NCBI GenBank assembly: GCA_050916045.1
Contig: CP051526.1
Span: 768,001-832,000, forward strand
DNA: 64,000 nt
Direction of reading: 5' to 3'
Source of the DNA: Tepidisphaera sp.
GTDB lineage: Bacteria > Planctomycetota > Phycisphaerae > Phycisphaerales > UBA1924
The notes below the pieces were generated by a model that worked only from the letters and a program-made list of their open reading frames with translations, ran no database searches and had not been told where the DNA came from. Shown in pieces: positions 9,538 through 20,006 of the stretch (position 1 is the stretch's first letter; every line of letters starts with the position of its first letter). Both the position numbers and the translations under genes were made by a program.

Positions 9538-9986
9538 GGCGGCACTCTCTCTGAAGCCTCGGGGTTCGCATTGGACCTCATCGGCTCCTGTCTGAATTGT
9601 GCCATGCAACAGCCCGCGTGCCATGGAAGCGGGGCGGAACATCGGCGATGACGCCCGAGGGTCCCGTGCGGAGAGAACACGCCTTGCAGACCGCACGCAC
9701 CACACGGTTCTCAGACGCACCCCGCCAGCGGCGAGCCCTCGACCGGCGGATTGGCACCGGTCATCGGGCTCCCTGTGATCTCTGGATGATCCCCGGACGC
9801 TGGTCAAGTGACCGGCAACGCAGCAACCATCCCAGGCCGTGGGGACGAGCCACCTATGGAACTCGACCGCCCTGTCAACGCCCGTGCTTCCGTCACGCCA
9901 GACACATGCCACCCCGGCAGCACGCCACCGCCATTCGCACAACCGCCACCCACCCGTCCGGCGACCGATCGGGGTACCCTTCGCGC

Positions 9987-11150
9987 ATGCCCAAGCCCTC
10001 CGCCTCCGCCCCCCACGCTCCCGGCCTCACCTACGCCTCTTCCGGCGTCGACATCCATGAGAAGGACTCCTTCACCGAGTCCCTCGCGTCCGTCATGAAG
10101 CGGACCTACGGGCCGCGGGTGATCCCCAACCCGGGCGGGTTCGCGGGGCTTTTCCGCTTGGACTACAAGAAGTCGCTTTTCGCCCGCAACTACAAGGACC
10201 CGGTCCTCGTCGCATGTGCCGACGGCGTGGGCACCAAGGTCAAGCTCGCGGCCGAACTGGGCATCTTCAACACCGTGGGCATCGACCTGGTCGCGATGAA
10301 CGTCAACGACCTGATCGTGCAGGGGGCCGAGCCCCTCTTCTTCCTCGACTACATCGCGGTCCCGACCGTCGACAAAGCCATGCTCGGGAGCATCATCGAG
10401 GGGATCGCCGAAGGGTGCAAGCAGTCCGGCTGTGCGCTGCTCGGCGGCGAGACCGCCAACATGCCCGATGTCTACGGCAAGGGCGATTTCGACCTCGCGG
10501 GCTTCTGCGTCGGCGTGGTCGAGCTCAAGCGGGCGATGAACCCCACTCGCGTCTCGCCCGGAGACGTTGTGCTCGGCTTGGCTTCGTCGGGGATCCACTC
10601 CAACGGCTACAGCCTCGTCCGCAAGGTCGTGAAACACGCAAACCTCGAACTCGGCCGCGTCTACGACGACGTCCTGCCTCTTCAGAGCCCGACGCGCAAG
10701 CGAGGGGGAACACGCACCGGCTCCCGAAACGGCAAAGCCGCTTCCCGCACGCCCACTCTCGGCGAAGTCCTCCTCACCCCGACCCGCATCTACGCGAACT
10801 CGATCGTGAAGCTCCAGAGCGGGTACAAGGTCAAGAACGTCATCTCCGGCATGGCCCACATCACCGGGTCGGGCCTCGCCGACAACCTCGTCCGCTCGAT
10901 CCCGCCCGGGTGCGACGCCGTCATCGACCGCTCGTCGTGGCCCGTCCCCCCGGTCTTCACGTTCCTTCAGAAGCACGGAGCGATCGACGACGCCGAGATG
11001 AAGCAGGTCTTCAACCTCGGCATCGGCTACTGCGTCATCGTCCGCCCGACCTTCGCCGCCGCCGTCAAGGAACACCTCGAAAAGCTCGGCGAGTCCGTTT
11101 ATGTCATCGGCGAGATCGTCAAGGGCAAGGGCCGCGTCCGCGAACGTTGA
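9987..11150 (+). CDS. purM: phosphoribosylformylglycinamidine cyclo-ligase
   Basis: TYASSGVDI, DGVGTK, GGETANMP, SSGIHSNGYSL, HITGSG, FNLGIG. Confidence 0.97.
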   Translation: MPKPSASAPHAPGLTYASSGVDIHEKDSFTESLASVMKRTYGPRVIPNPGGFAGLFRLDYKKSLFARNYKDPVLVACADGVGTKVKLAAELGIFNTVGIDLVAMNVNDLIVQGAEPLFFLDYIAVPTVDKAMLGSIIEGIAEGCKQSGCALLGGETANMPDVYGKGDFDLAGFCVGVVELKRAMNPTRVSPGDVVLGLASSGIHSNGYSLVRKVVKHANLELGRVYDDVLPLQSPTRKRGGTRTGSRNGKAASRTPTLGEVLLTPTRIYANSIVKLQSGYKVKNVISGMAHITGSGLADNLVRSIPPGCDAVIDRSSWPVPPVFTFLQKHGAIDDAEMKQVFNLGIGYCVIVRPTFAAAVKEHLEKLGESVYVIGEIVKGKGRVRER

Positions 11151-11232
11151 GCAAGGGCTTCGGCGAGCAATCCAGCCTGTGGCAGGTGCGTTAGGCTCAT
11201 GCCGCTCCGCGGCGAACGCCGAAGGACCAACC

Positions 11233-12369
11233 ATGCGCCATTGCTCGATCTCCCAGCTCGTTTTTGCGCTCGTGCTCGCGACCTCCGCCGGCGTGGCTAC
11301 GGGCCAGCCCGCGTCGCCAACCGCTTTGCCGCCCGCTTCGTCACCCGCGACCGCGCCGGCCAAGCCAGCCGCGCCCCTCGAGGTTGATTTCGGACCTACC
11401 GACGCCCTCGCCGAGCAATGGGTGAAACAGGTCAAGCTGCCCGGCGCCGCTCTCTACGTCATGCACGACGGCAAGGTGCTCCACGAGCGGTTCTTCGGCG
11501 ACTACAACGCGAAGACCGTGATCCCCATCGCTTCCGCGAGCAAATGGCTTTCGGGCGCGGTCATCATGTCCCTCGTCGATGACAAGCTTCTCGATCTCGA
11601 CAAGCCCATCGGCGAGTACGTCCCCACGCTCCCCAACGACAAGAAGCCCATCACCCTCGCCCAGCTCTTCTCCCACACCTCCGGCCTGCCCAGCGACATC
11701 GACGGCGTGTCCACGTGGTTCGCAAGCACGGACGAGGTCTTCAAAGCCGCGGGCGAAGCCAAGCTCGACGCCGAGCCCGGTGCCGCGTTCCGATACGGCG
11801 GCGCATCGATGCAGCTCGCCGCCGCCATCGCGTGCAAGGTGACCGGCAAGACCTGGCACGACCTCTTCAAGGAGCGCATCGCCAAACCCTGCGAGATGAA
11901 CAACACGCAGTTCGGACGCCTCGGCGCCACCACCAACCCGCAGGTCGCCGGCGGCGCAAGCTCAACCCTCGGCGACTACGCCAACTTCCTCACGATGATC
12001 GCGAGCAAAGGCACGTTCAAGGGCAAGCGCGTCCTCAGCGAAGCGTCCGTCGCGGCCATGCTCAAAGACCGCACCAAGGACGCGAAGAAGAGCCGCGCTT
12101 CGCTCATGCGCATGCTCGACGGCAGCGGGTACGGCATCGGCAACTGGGTCGACGCCCGCGACTCCAAGGGCGACGCCACCGCGAACAGCTCCCCGGGAGC
12201 CTTCGGCTTCATCCCGTGGATCGACCAGGAACGCAAGGTCGTCGGAATCTGGATGATGTGCGACCGCGACCGGCAGCGACGCAAATCCGGCGGGAACCTC
12301 GAAAGCCCGCGCGATGTCGTCACCAAAGCCATCGATCAGGCGCTCGCGAAAGGATCCGCGAAACCCTGA
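11233..12369 (+). CDS. secreted serine hydrolase, beta-lactamase class C-like
   Basis: Signal peptide, IASASKW (SxxK), LFSHTSGL, FRYG, SPGAFG. Confidence 0.9.
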   Translation: MRHCSISQLVFALVLATSAGVATGQPASPTALPPASSPATAPAKPAAPLEVDFGPTDALAEQWVKQVKLPGAALYVMHDGKVLHERFFGDYNAKTVIPIASASKWLSGAVIMSLVDDKLLDLDKPIGEYVPTLPNDKKPITLAQLFSHTSGLPSDIDGVSTWFASTDEVFKAAGEAKLDAEPGAAFRYGGASMQLAAAIACKVTGKTWHDLFKERIAKPCEMNNTQFGRLGATTNPQVAGGASSTLGDYANFLTMIASKGTFKGKRVLSEASVAAMLKDRTKDAKKSRASLMRMLDGSGYGIGNWVDARDSKGDATANSSPGAFGFIPWIDQERKVVGIWMMCDRDRQRRKSGGNLESPRDVVTKAIDQALAKGSAKP

Positions 12370-12371
12370 AC

Positions 12372-13454
12372 TTACTTCGCGGGTGCCGCGGGGGCGGTCG
12401 CCGCAGGGGAAGCGGGGGAGGTGGGGGCGGTGGGGGAGGGAACAGCCGGAGCCGCGGCCTTGTCCGCCGGTTTCTCGGATGCCGTCCGTTCCTCGACCGC
12501 TTTGGCGATCGCTTTCTCGCCCGCCGCGAAGTACCAGTCCTTCCACGCCCCGGTATTGAGGCGCATGCCGTCGGTCGGCTGCCCGCCCGCTCCGGCCATG
12601 GCCTTGTTCGAGAGGCGGACCAGCGACTGGTGGATCACCACCGGCGAGAAAGTGACAACGGCGTCGTTGATCACAAGCACCACGCCCGAGCTCACGACGC
12701 CCGGCACCGGGTTGAACGCGACGGCGTTGTCCGCCACGATCGGCTCAAGATCCGCGATGTACGCCTGCTGCTGCGCGATCGCGACCCACGCGAGCGGGCC
12801 GTTCCGCGGGCGACCGATCGGGCTGGTCGCGGGCGGGGCCGGAGCCTGCGCCTGGATCAGGAACGGGATCATCTCGTACAGATCAAGGCCCGCGACCGCA
12901 CGCGCACTCGCATCCGCGATCCGCTGCGTCTTGGAAGCGACTCCGCCTTGGAACACGGCGAGCATGCCCGAGGACGGCTTCTGCTTGAGGTCCTTGAGTC
13001 GCACGGCAAGGCCGTCGATGGCGGCCTGGTTCCACGCCGGGTCCTCGTTGCCGCAGGCGAGCCACGCGAGGCCGCGGTCGCCCTCATCGCTCGCCTGCGT
13101 GCGCAGGATCGTGACGATCGCTTCGCGCACATCCGCGCCTTTGTCTTCCTGAAAGACCTCGATTAGCGGCTGGACCATCCAAGGCTGGTTGTACTCGGCA
13201 AGCGTCTTGAGGCCGGCTTCGCGAGTGGGCTTGTGCTGAGCCCGGAAGTGCTTGGCGCGGAGCTTCTTGAGTTCTTTCTCGAGCGCAACCTGCTTCTTGC
13301 GGAGATCGCGGTACGGCTTGAGGCGAGGATCATCGGGGGAGATGATCTTGCCCTTCATCCATTCCGGAACAGGGGTGCCCGACTGAGCGGCGGCTTGGCC
13401 CGCGACACCGGCGAGGACAACGAGCACCAAAGCAAACCGGGAGCGGGTCATCAT
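12372..13454 (-). CDS. secreted hypothetical helical-repeat (HEAT-like) protein
   Basis: Signal peptide ending AAAQ; amphipathic helices. Confidence 0.7.
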   Translation of the reverse strand: MMTRSRFALVLVVLAGVAGQAAAQSGTPVPEWMKGKIISPDDPRLKPYRDLRKKQVALEKELKKLRAKHFRAQHKPTREAGLKTLAEYNQPWMVQPLIEVFQEDKGADVREAIVTILRTQASDEGDRGLAWLACGNEDPAWNQAAIDGLAVRLKDLKQKPSSGMLAVFQGGVASKTQRIADASARAVAGLDLYEMIPFLIQAQAPAPPATSPIGRPRNGPLAWVAIAQQQAYIADLEPIVADNAVAFNPVPGVVSSGVVLVINDAVVTFSPVVIHQSLVRLSNKAMAGAGGQPTDGMRLNTGAWKDWYFAAGEKAIAKAVEERTASEKPADKAAAPAVPSPTAPTSPASPAATAPAAPAK

Positions 13455-13555
13455 GGGGGAATCTCCGAGAGCCGGGGGGCAGGGCTTCTTGGTCCTTTCG
13501 GCACTCCGCAGGGCCGGGTTCCGAGATTCGGACCGATCGCCCGTTCGTACGGTCT

Positions 13556-14419
13556 TTATTCGCCTGTCGCGACCATCACCATCGCGGTGGATTCGCCGGT
13601 GAGTTTCTGTTGGGCGGCCTGGGCTTCGGCCCGGGTCGCGAATCGGCCGATGCGCACGGCGTGGACGGTTCCGTTCTTGGAAGAGGTCTGGACGACGCGG
13701 GGAGCGGGGATGCCGGCGGCGGCGGCTTTCCCGGCGAGGCGGTCGGCCGCGGCTTTGGCTTTCTTCGGGTCGCTGAACGCGCCGACCTGGATGGTGAAGG
13801 AGCCCTTGACGGGCCCGGCTTCGGGCAGGGTGTTCTGCCGGGAGGTGATCTGGACCTTGAGGAGGGATTCGGTCGCGACGGCGGCGGCCTGGGCGTACAT
13901 CTCGCGAGATTCCGGGCCCTTTCCCACAGCCTGGAGCGAGTCGCCCGCGAACATCTTCGCTCGGGCCTGGTCGTTCCCGCTGAGCTTGTCCGAAGCGGAG
14001 GTCAGCAGGGTGACGGCTTCGGTGTGCTTGCCGCTCCGCTGGGCCATCATGCCAAGCGTGGCGGCTGCGGACCCTGCGATCGCGGCGTTTTCGCTGGTGA
14101 TCAGCGGCCGCAGCCAGCGCTGGGCTTCAGCTTCCTTGGGCGGCTGCATCGCGGCGACGGAAAGCCCCGCGGTGAGCGCGGCCCGTTCGCGGAGGACGCC
14201 CGTGGACTTGGCGTACGCCGAACTCGCGGCCTGATGGGCTTTGACGTAATCACCCTTGGTGTAGAGCAGCTCGTAGTCGGCCGCCGGGGTTTCGGTTCTC
14301 GTCCCGGAGGACGACTCGCATCCTGAGGACCAGAGCAGGGCTGGCCCGGCGAGCGCGGCGGTCAGGAGCACAAGAGCGGCGGGGCCAAGGCGAGCGGCGG
14401 GGCGGGTGGGCGTCGGCAT
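13556..14419 (-). CDS. lipoprotein with TPR-like helices and C-terminal SPOR domain
   Basis: SSGC lipobox; FTIQVGAFSD..KA...VRIGRFATRAEA SPOR consensus. Confidence 0.85.
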   Translation of the reverse strand: MPTPTRPAARLGPAALVLLTAALAGPALLWSSGCESSSGTRTETPAADYELLYTKGDYVKAHQAASSAYAKSTGVLRERAALTAGLSVAAMQPPKEAEAQRWLRPLITSENAAIAGSAAATLGMMAQRSGKHTEAVTLLTSASDKLSGNDQARAKMFAGDSLQAVGKGPESREMYAQAAAVATESLLKVQITSRQNTLPEAGPVKGSFTIQVGAFSDPKKAKAAADRLAGKAAAAGIPAPRVVQTSSKNGTVHAVRIGRFATRAEAQAAQQKLTGESTAMVMVATGE

Positions 14420-14525
14420 GCGAAAGCTCCGGATCTGTGGCGCACCGGGCGTCGCCCGGCGATCGTCGGCTGTAGCATACCCGGCCTCCTTCCCGCGTTC
14501 GACGTCGCCACTCCGAGGAAACCGC

Positions 14526-16016
14526 GTGAGCGTTCACTGGCCCATCATCCGCCGCTGTCTCTTCCAGCCCCGCCGCATCGCCACGATCGACGATCGCGGC
14601 ACCCGCAAGGGGATCGAGCTTCTCGCCGGCGCCTTCTACCTCGCCGACTACCTCGCGGCCAAGTGCAAGTCCAAGACCGTGGGCGTCATGCTCCCCACCG
14701 GCGCCGGCACACCCGTCGCCGCTCTCGCCGCGTGGATCCTCGGCAAGACCGTCGTCCCGCTGAACTACCTCCTAAAGCCCGAAGAGCTTCAGTACGTGAT
14801 CGACGACTGTGGCACCGACACCGTCCTCACGGCCGGACCGATGCTCGAGTTCATGGGGTTCTCGCCGCGCGTCACCAACCTCGCCAAGATCGACGAGATG
14901 AAGTTCTCCGGCATGCCCGAGCCGCGCTGGCCCATTGGCGCGGATGATGAGGATCTCGCCGTTCTCCTCTACACCTCCGGCACCAGCGGCAAGCCCAAGG
15001 GCGTGATGCTCACGCACGGCAACATCTCCGCCAACATCCGCCAGGTCGTCGAGCACGCCCACTTTACCACCGACGATGTCATGCTCGGGGTTCTTCCCCA
15101 GTTTCATAGCTTCGGCCTGACCGTGCTGACGCTCCTACCCCTGACGCTGGGCATCCGCGCGGTCTACACCGCACGGTTCATCCCTCAGAAGATCGTCAAG
15201 TTGTTCCGTGAGCACCGCCCCACGATCTTTGTCGCGATCCCCTCGATGTACGGCGCGCTGCTGGCGGCCAAGGACGCGACCGCGGAGGACTTTGCGAGCT
15301 TGCGCTACACCGTGTCCGGCGGCGAACCCCTCAGCGACGCGGTGGCGACACGCTTCTACGAGCGGTTCGGCGTGCGGATCAACGAGGGGTATGGCCTGAC
15401 CGAGACCTCGCCGGTGACGAACATCTGCCTGCCCAGCGAGTACAGGCCGCATTCGGTGGGGCGTGCTTTGCCGGAGCTTGAGCAGCGGATCATCGACCTC
15501 AACACGGGCGCGAGGCTGCCCTATGAGCACGAGGGCGAGATCTGGATGCGCGGGCCGAATGTCATGCGGGGCTACTACGGCCTTGCGGAGGAAACCGCCA
15601 AAGCCCTCACGCCGGACGGGTTTCTTCGCACTGGTGACATCGGCAAGCAGGACGCGGACGGCTTTCTGTACATCACGGGCCGCTTGAAGGAGATGCTCAT
15701 CGTCGGCGGCGAGAACGTCTTCCCACGCGAGATCGAGGAAGTGCTCAATCAGCACCCGAGCATCCACGCTTCGGGCGTGGTGGGGATCAAGGATCCGATC
15801 AGAGGCGAACTGCCGATGGCGTTCATCGAGCTCCGCGAGGGGCAGACGTTCGACAAAGCGTCGATCCAGGCCCACTGCCGAGCCAGCCTCGCGGGGTACA
15901 AGGTGCCGGGCGACATCCGCGTGCTCGAAGCTCTGCCGAGGAACCCCACAGGGAAGATCATGCGGCGTGAATTGGTGAAGATGCTGGCTGCACCTGATGC
16001 TGCGGCCAAGGGCTGA
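14526..16016 (+). CDS. AMP-binding acyl-CoA/acyl-ACP synthetase (long-chain fatty acid ligase, Aas-like)
   Basis: YTSGTSGKPKG, EGYGLTETSP, RTGD, GRLKEMLIVGGENV, PRNPTGK. Confidence 0.92.
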   Translation: MSVHWPIIRRCLFQPRRIATIDDRGTRKGIELLAGAFYLADYLAAKCKSKTVGVMLPTGAGTPVAALAAWILGKTVVPLNYLLKPEELQYVIDDCGTDTVLTAGPMLEFMGFSPRVTNLAKIDEMKFSGMPEPRWPIGADDEDLAVLLYTSGTSGKPKGVMLTHGNISANIRQVVEHAHFTTDDVMLGVLPQFHSFGLTVLTLLPLTLGIRAVYTARFIPQKIVKLFREHRPTIFVAIPSMYGALLAAKDATAEDFASLRYTVSGGEPLSDAVATRFYERFGVRINEGYGLTETSPVTNICLPSEYRPHSVGRALPELEQRIIDLNTGARLPYEHEGEIWMRGPNVMRGYYGLAEETAKALTPDGFLRTGDIGKQDADGFLYITGRLKEMLIVGGENVFPREIEEVLNQHPSIHASGVVGIKDPIRGELPMAFIELREGQTFDKASIQAHCRASLAGYKVPGDIRVLEALPRNPTGKIMRRELVKMLAAPDAAAKG

Positions 16017-16084
16017 CGGACGGTCGCGTGGTGGCGGGGGGGCGAGATGGACAGCATGCCGGGACGGTGACATCGGAGGGCCAT

Positions 16085-16120
16085 CCACCGATCGCCGGAG
16101 GAGCCGGAGATCGGTGGCAC
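16085..16120 (-). repeat. REP-like hairpin (GTGC foot)
   Basis: Minus strand gtg-ccaccgatctccgg-ctcct-ccggcgatcggtgg. Confidence 0.7.
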
Positions 16121-16172
16121 GGAGCGGATTAGACGACCGGTTCCACCCGCCGGACTAAATCTGTGTCACGAC

Positions 16173-16724
16173 TCAGCGCCTTTCGCCGGAAACTCCCATA
16201 ATCATGGGCCACGCAATTCCACACTCGGGACATAATTCCGGGCCGATGTCGAGGCTCTCCGGTATGGTGACGTGAATCGCGGGCCCGACACCGTGCAGGC
16301 AGTAGCCGCATGACTTGCATTCTCTATTCGTTATCGCCACGTCGCTTTGTCGAGGCGTGTTCCGGCTCTCAAGGAAGATAAACCACGACCACGCGATGAC
16401 GAAGGGTACGAGGCTGATGAGGATCACCAGCACACCGATCACGTGCACATACAACACACTCATTGCCGCGAGAGGTATCAGCAATGTCGTGGCTATAGCG
16501 AGTCCGAGGCTCGGCCAATAGAGCCACGCGCTCACCTTTCGTCGGGGTGAAATCACGACTGTCGTGGTACCCACCTGATTGATAGCTCTTAGGATCTCAA
16601 GCTTTGTCGTATTACTTACAGGACGTCCGGTCTCGAACGGGTTTCGCGGCGCCACCGCTCGCCGCGTCGGCGTTCGGTGTGGAGGAACCTCGGGCTCAGG
16701 GTCATTCGCTGGCTGGAGCATCAC
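16173..16724 (-). CDS. hypothetical 2-TM membrane protein with C-terminal zinc ribbon
   Basis: Two hydrophobic segments, CKSCGY...CPECG; visibly lower GC than flanks; start uncertain. Confidence 0.7.
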   Translation of the reverse strand: MMLQPANDPEPEVPPHRTPTRRAVAPRNPFETGRPVSNTTKLEILRAINQVGTTTVVISPRRKVSAWLYWPSLGLAIATTLLIPLAAMSVLYVHVIGVLVILISLVPFVIAWSWFIFLESRNTPRQSDVAITNRECKSCGYCLHGVGPAIHVTIPESLDIGPELCPECGIAWPMIMGVSGERR

Positions 16725-16846
16725 GTCATTTCAAAGGCCCACGCGGTCTCCCGGAGACACATCGGTTTCGAGTGCCGGAGTGAGGGTCACGCGACCAGTA
16801 TACGGAAGCTAAGAGGACGCGAGTCTTGGCCGTTTGGAAGACCGTT

Positions 16847-17023
16847 CGTCGATCACCAAAGTGGCGATCGATGGCACGGGAAGCTGCTCTCAATGGGAAG
16901 CCACTTGCTGTGCCACTGAGATCGAGCGCTTCGGGCGATCTCAGTGGTTGGGCTTGCTTGAAACTGACGCCTGACGTGTCTTGCACTGACTTGGTCCGAA
17001 GCGGACCAAGTCAGTGGCACAGC
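16847..17023. repeat. cluster of three REP-like hairpins, two as an inverted doublet
   Basis: 16847-16877 (-), 16910-16947 (+), 16983-17020 (-); outer inverted repeat gctgtgccactga (16907) / tcagtggcacagc (to 17023). Confidence 0.8.
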
Positions 17024-17204
17024 TCAGGATCCCCTGCTTTTCGGACCTGCCTCTGCGGGATTTCTTGGTTTTCTTGATGCAGGCGCGTGAGGAACGGCGG
17101 GGGTTGCCGTTCACTTGGATGTCGGGATCACGACCACCAACGCGACGCGAAGGGGTCTGGCCCAAGAACACAACGTGCAACACGCACACAGAAGGAGTTG
17201 TCCC

Positions 17205-17894
17205 ATGGCTACGAAGCTCACGAACGTTGTTGGTTCCGCCCGCACCCTCAAGGCTGCCGCGCTCGCGGCGGCTGTGGTGGCGGGGATGGTGGGGGGAGTG
17301 GGGGCCGCGAACGCCGCCATCACGGGCGTCACCGGGTCCACGACCTGGCTGGGCGTGAACCCGCCCAACGCTCAGCAGTTCAACCTGATGGGCCCCAACG
17401 TGTACGCGTGGAACGAGCAGGTCGCTCCCGCTTCCAACGTGGGTCTCAACCTCTTCGGCAACGGGACGTACACCGGGTTCTCGCCGTACTTCGCCGGGTT
17501 TCTGACCGCGGGAGCGGTCGAGTCGCACATGCTGCACTTTGACCCCGGGGCGGCTCCGCCGTTCGCCGCGGGAAGCGTTAGTTTCTCGGGGACGATCCTC
17601 GGAGCGATCTTCGACGAGACCTTGCTGTCGGCGACAGACGCTTCGCACGGGGCTCTCGGGACGGTGTACGACACGGGGAACCCGTTCCGCAGCTTCGGCG
17701 GGAACGTGCTGGGGAACACGAGCCTGACGATCGCCGGGAACACGATGAGCTTCCAGTTCATGCCCACTCCCGGGCAGATGAACCGGATGTGCGAGGTGCG
17801 GGTCTTCACGCTGGTGCCCACGCCCGGGTCGATCTCGCTCGCCGGTCTGGCGGGGATCGTCGGCCTCCGCCGGGCCCGCCGGGGTCAGGCCTGA
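17205..17894 (+). CDS. PEP-CTERM-like exported protein
   Basis: AGAAGGAG RBS, signal peptide (ANA-A), C-terminal [23 protein letters not shown]. Confidence 0.88.
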   Translation: MATKLTNVVGSARTLKAAALAAAVVAGMVGGVGAANAAITGVTGSTTWLGVNPPNAQQFNLMGPNVYAWNEQVAPASNVGLNLFGNGTYTGFSPYFAGFLTAGAVESHMLHFDPGAAPPFAAGSVSFSGTILGAIFDETLLSATDASHGALGTVYDTGNPFRSFGGNVLGNTSLTIAGNTMSFQFMPTPGQMNRMCEVRVFTLVPTPGSISLAGLAGIVGLRRARRGQA

Positions 17895-18106
17895 AGCGTC
17901 TCCCGCACTCGGTGACCTGTTTCCTCAACTTCTCCCCGCGCCTGACGCGCGGGCCCGACCTCTCCCGGGCCTGTGCGTCGCGGCGTTGGTGGCCAAGCCG
18001 ACGTATGCTCTGCGGACCAGGCCCTTGTCCTTTTCCACGGTTAATCCCCGCGCCACGCTGTCCGCTCTTCGCGGATTGCAGCACGACCCATCTCACGGAG
18101 CCCAGC

Positions 18107-18751
18107 ATGGACCTCTACATCGACACCGCCAACATCGACGAGATCAAAGCCGCCCACGCCATGGGTGTGTTGAACGGCGTCACCACCAACCCCTCCCTCA
18201 TCGCCAAGGAGAAGGTTGACTACGGCAAGCGGCTCGAAGAGATCTGCAAGGTCGTCCCCGGCCCCGTCTCCGCCGAGGTGATCGCTCTCGACTTTGACGG
18301 CATGATGAAGGAGGGCAAAGAACGCGCCAAGATCGCCCCCAACATCGTCGTCAAGCTCCCCTCGACCATCGAAGGCCTCAAAGCCTGCAAAGCGATGAGC
18401 GACGAGGGCATCAAGACCAACATGACCCTCTGCTTCCAGGCGATGCAGGCTCTCATGGTCGCCAAAGCCGGCGCGTACCTCGTCAGCCCCTTCGTCGGCC
18501 GCCTCGACGACATCTCGCAGGACGGGATGGACCTCATCCGCCAGATCCGCCAGATCTACGACAACTACGGGTTCCAGACCAAGATCCTCGCCGCTTCCAT
18601 CCGCCACCCGCTCCACATGCTCCAGTGTGCTCTGGCCGGGGCCGATGTCGCGACCGTCCCCTTCTCGGTCATCCAGCAGGTGATGAAGCACCCGCTCACC
18701 GACTCGGGCGTTGAGAAATTCCTCGCGGACTACAAGAAGGCCTTCGGCTAA
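18107..18751 (+). CDS. fsa: transaldolase / fructose-6-phosphate aldolase family
   Basis: [40 protein letters not shown]. Confidence 0.93.
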   Translation: MDLYIDTANIDEIKAAHAMGVLNGVTTNPSLIAKEKVDYGKRLEEICKVVPGPVSAEVIALDFDGMMKEGKERAKIAPNIVVKLPSTIEGLKACKAMSDEGIKTNMTLCFQAMQALMVAKAGAYLVSPFVGRLDDISQDGMDLIRQIRQIYDNYGFQTKILAASIRHPLHMLQCALAGADVATVPFSVIQQVMKHPLTDSGVEKFLADYKKAFG

Positions 18752-18784
18752 GGCCATCCGGCCACCGCCGACGCACCAAACCCC

Positions 18785-19954
18785 TCAGCTTTCCGCTCCC
18801 TCGCCCGGCCGCTCGTAGCGGATCGTCTTCTTTCCGACCTGCCGCTCGGGTTCGAGCGCGATCGGTGAGAGATCCGCTTCCGCCTGCGTGCGAGGCCCCT
18901 GCACCCGCGGTGCCTGGATCCGCGCCCCCGCGTCCAGCGGGTTCACCGTCCCGATCGCTTCCGCCCGCTTGGCGAACCGCTTGACGTCCCGCGCCGCCCG
19001 GTCCGCCACGCGGATGTCCCGCGCAATCGCCGCCCGCGCCACCTTCAGCGCCCAAAGCGACATCACCGCCACCTGCACCACGCCCACCGCCAGCACCAGC
19101 GCCGACCCCAGCCCGAGGATCGCCCCAAAGACGCCCACCACGACCGTCACGAACGATCCCGTCCCCATCACGATCGACACCCCGAGCATCGGCAGCGCCA
19201 GAAGCATCGCGATCGACGCCCCTCGCATCCACTCCCCCGTCCACTCCGCCCCCGCCCACTCCGACAGCGCCGCGAGCTGTGCGCACACCGGCACCAGCCC
19301 GAGCAGCCCGATCGACAGGCACACCCACGCCGCGATCATCAGCCCCCGCACCAGCTCCTCGTTCACCGGCGTCCCCGCCATCAGCGCCCGCGTCTCCACC
19401 TCCGCCGAAGCCCACGCCAGCGCGACCCCCGCCGCCCATCCCCACTGCGTCAGCCGCGAAGCCCACCGCGACCAGCGCCCCTCCCGCTTGAAGTCCGTCC
19501 GCAGGTCCAGCGATGATTCATGCGGCCGCGTCACGATCCACACACCCGCCGCCCACGCGATCAAGCACACCACCGGCACCGCACGCCTCAGCCCCTGATC
19601 CCCCGCCACCAGCAGCAGCGACACCATCGCGCCCACGCTGCCCAGTGCCGTCGCGATCGATCCTGCCGCAAGCCAACGCAGGTACCACGACGGCGCGTGC
19701 GACAGGTTGTCCGCCAACACCCGCCGCGCCCCGATCGGCACGGGCGTCGCGCACTCCGGACAGCGTCCGCCGCCGGGCAACCCCGTGAGGTCGTACCCGC
19801 ACTGCCGGCATGTCGGCGCTTTGGAGGGCGGCGGCTTGGGTCCGCCGACGGGAGCTTCGCACGCCGGGCACGCTTTCGTCCCCGCGCTCGAGAACCGGTA
19901 CCCGCACTTCCCGCAGAACGGCTCGGCACGAGATGGCGACCCACGCTCGCTCAT
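18785..19954 (-). CDS. multi-pass membrane protein with two N-terminal zinc ribbons
   Basis: CGKCGY...CPAC and CRQCGYDLTGL...CPEC, then several TM segments. Confidence 0.8.
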   Translation of the reverse strand: MSERGSPSRAEPFCGKCGYRFSSAGTKACPACEAPVGGPKPPPSKAPTCRQCGYDLTGLPGGGRCPECATPVPIGARRVLADNLSHAPSWYLRWLAAGSIATALGSVGAMVSLLLVAGDQGLRRAVPVVCLIAWAAGVWIVTRPHESSLDLRTDFKREGRWSRWASRLTQWGWAAGVALAWASAEVETRALMAGTPVNEELVRGLMIAAWVCLSIGLLGLVPVCAQLAALSEWAGAEWTGEWMRGASIAMLLALPMLGVSIVMGTGSFVTVVVGVFGAILGLGSALVLAVGVVQVAVMSLWALKVARAAIARDIRVADRAARDVKRFAKRAEAIGTVNPLDAGARIQAPRVQGPRTQAEADLSPIALEPERQVGKKTIRYERPGEGAES

Positions 19955-20006
19955 AAAGATTGATACCCCGCGCCGCCCGGCCCGGATGCAACGCCCGCCA
20001 GTCCCG

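Noticed and set aside
9597..9626. Sigma-54 promoter upstream of the PEP-CTERM-like gene (TGGCACG...TTGCA on minus strand)
   Set aside because: GG-to-GC spacing is 3 nt longer than the strict -24/-12 consensus.
11233..12369. Antibiotic-resistance beta-lactamase
   Set aside because: SxxK family membership alone does not imply beta-lactamase activity; most such proteins are esterases or peptidases.
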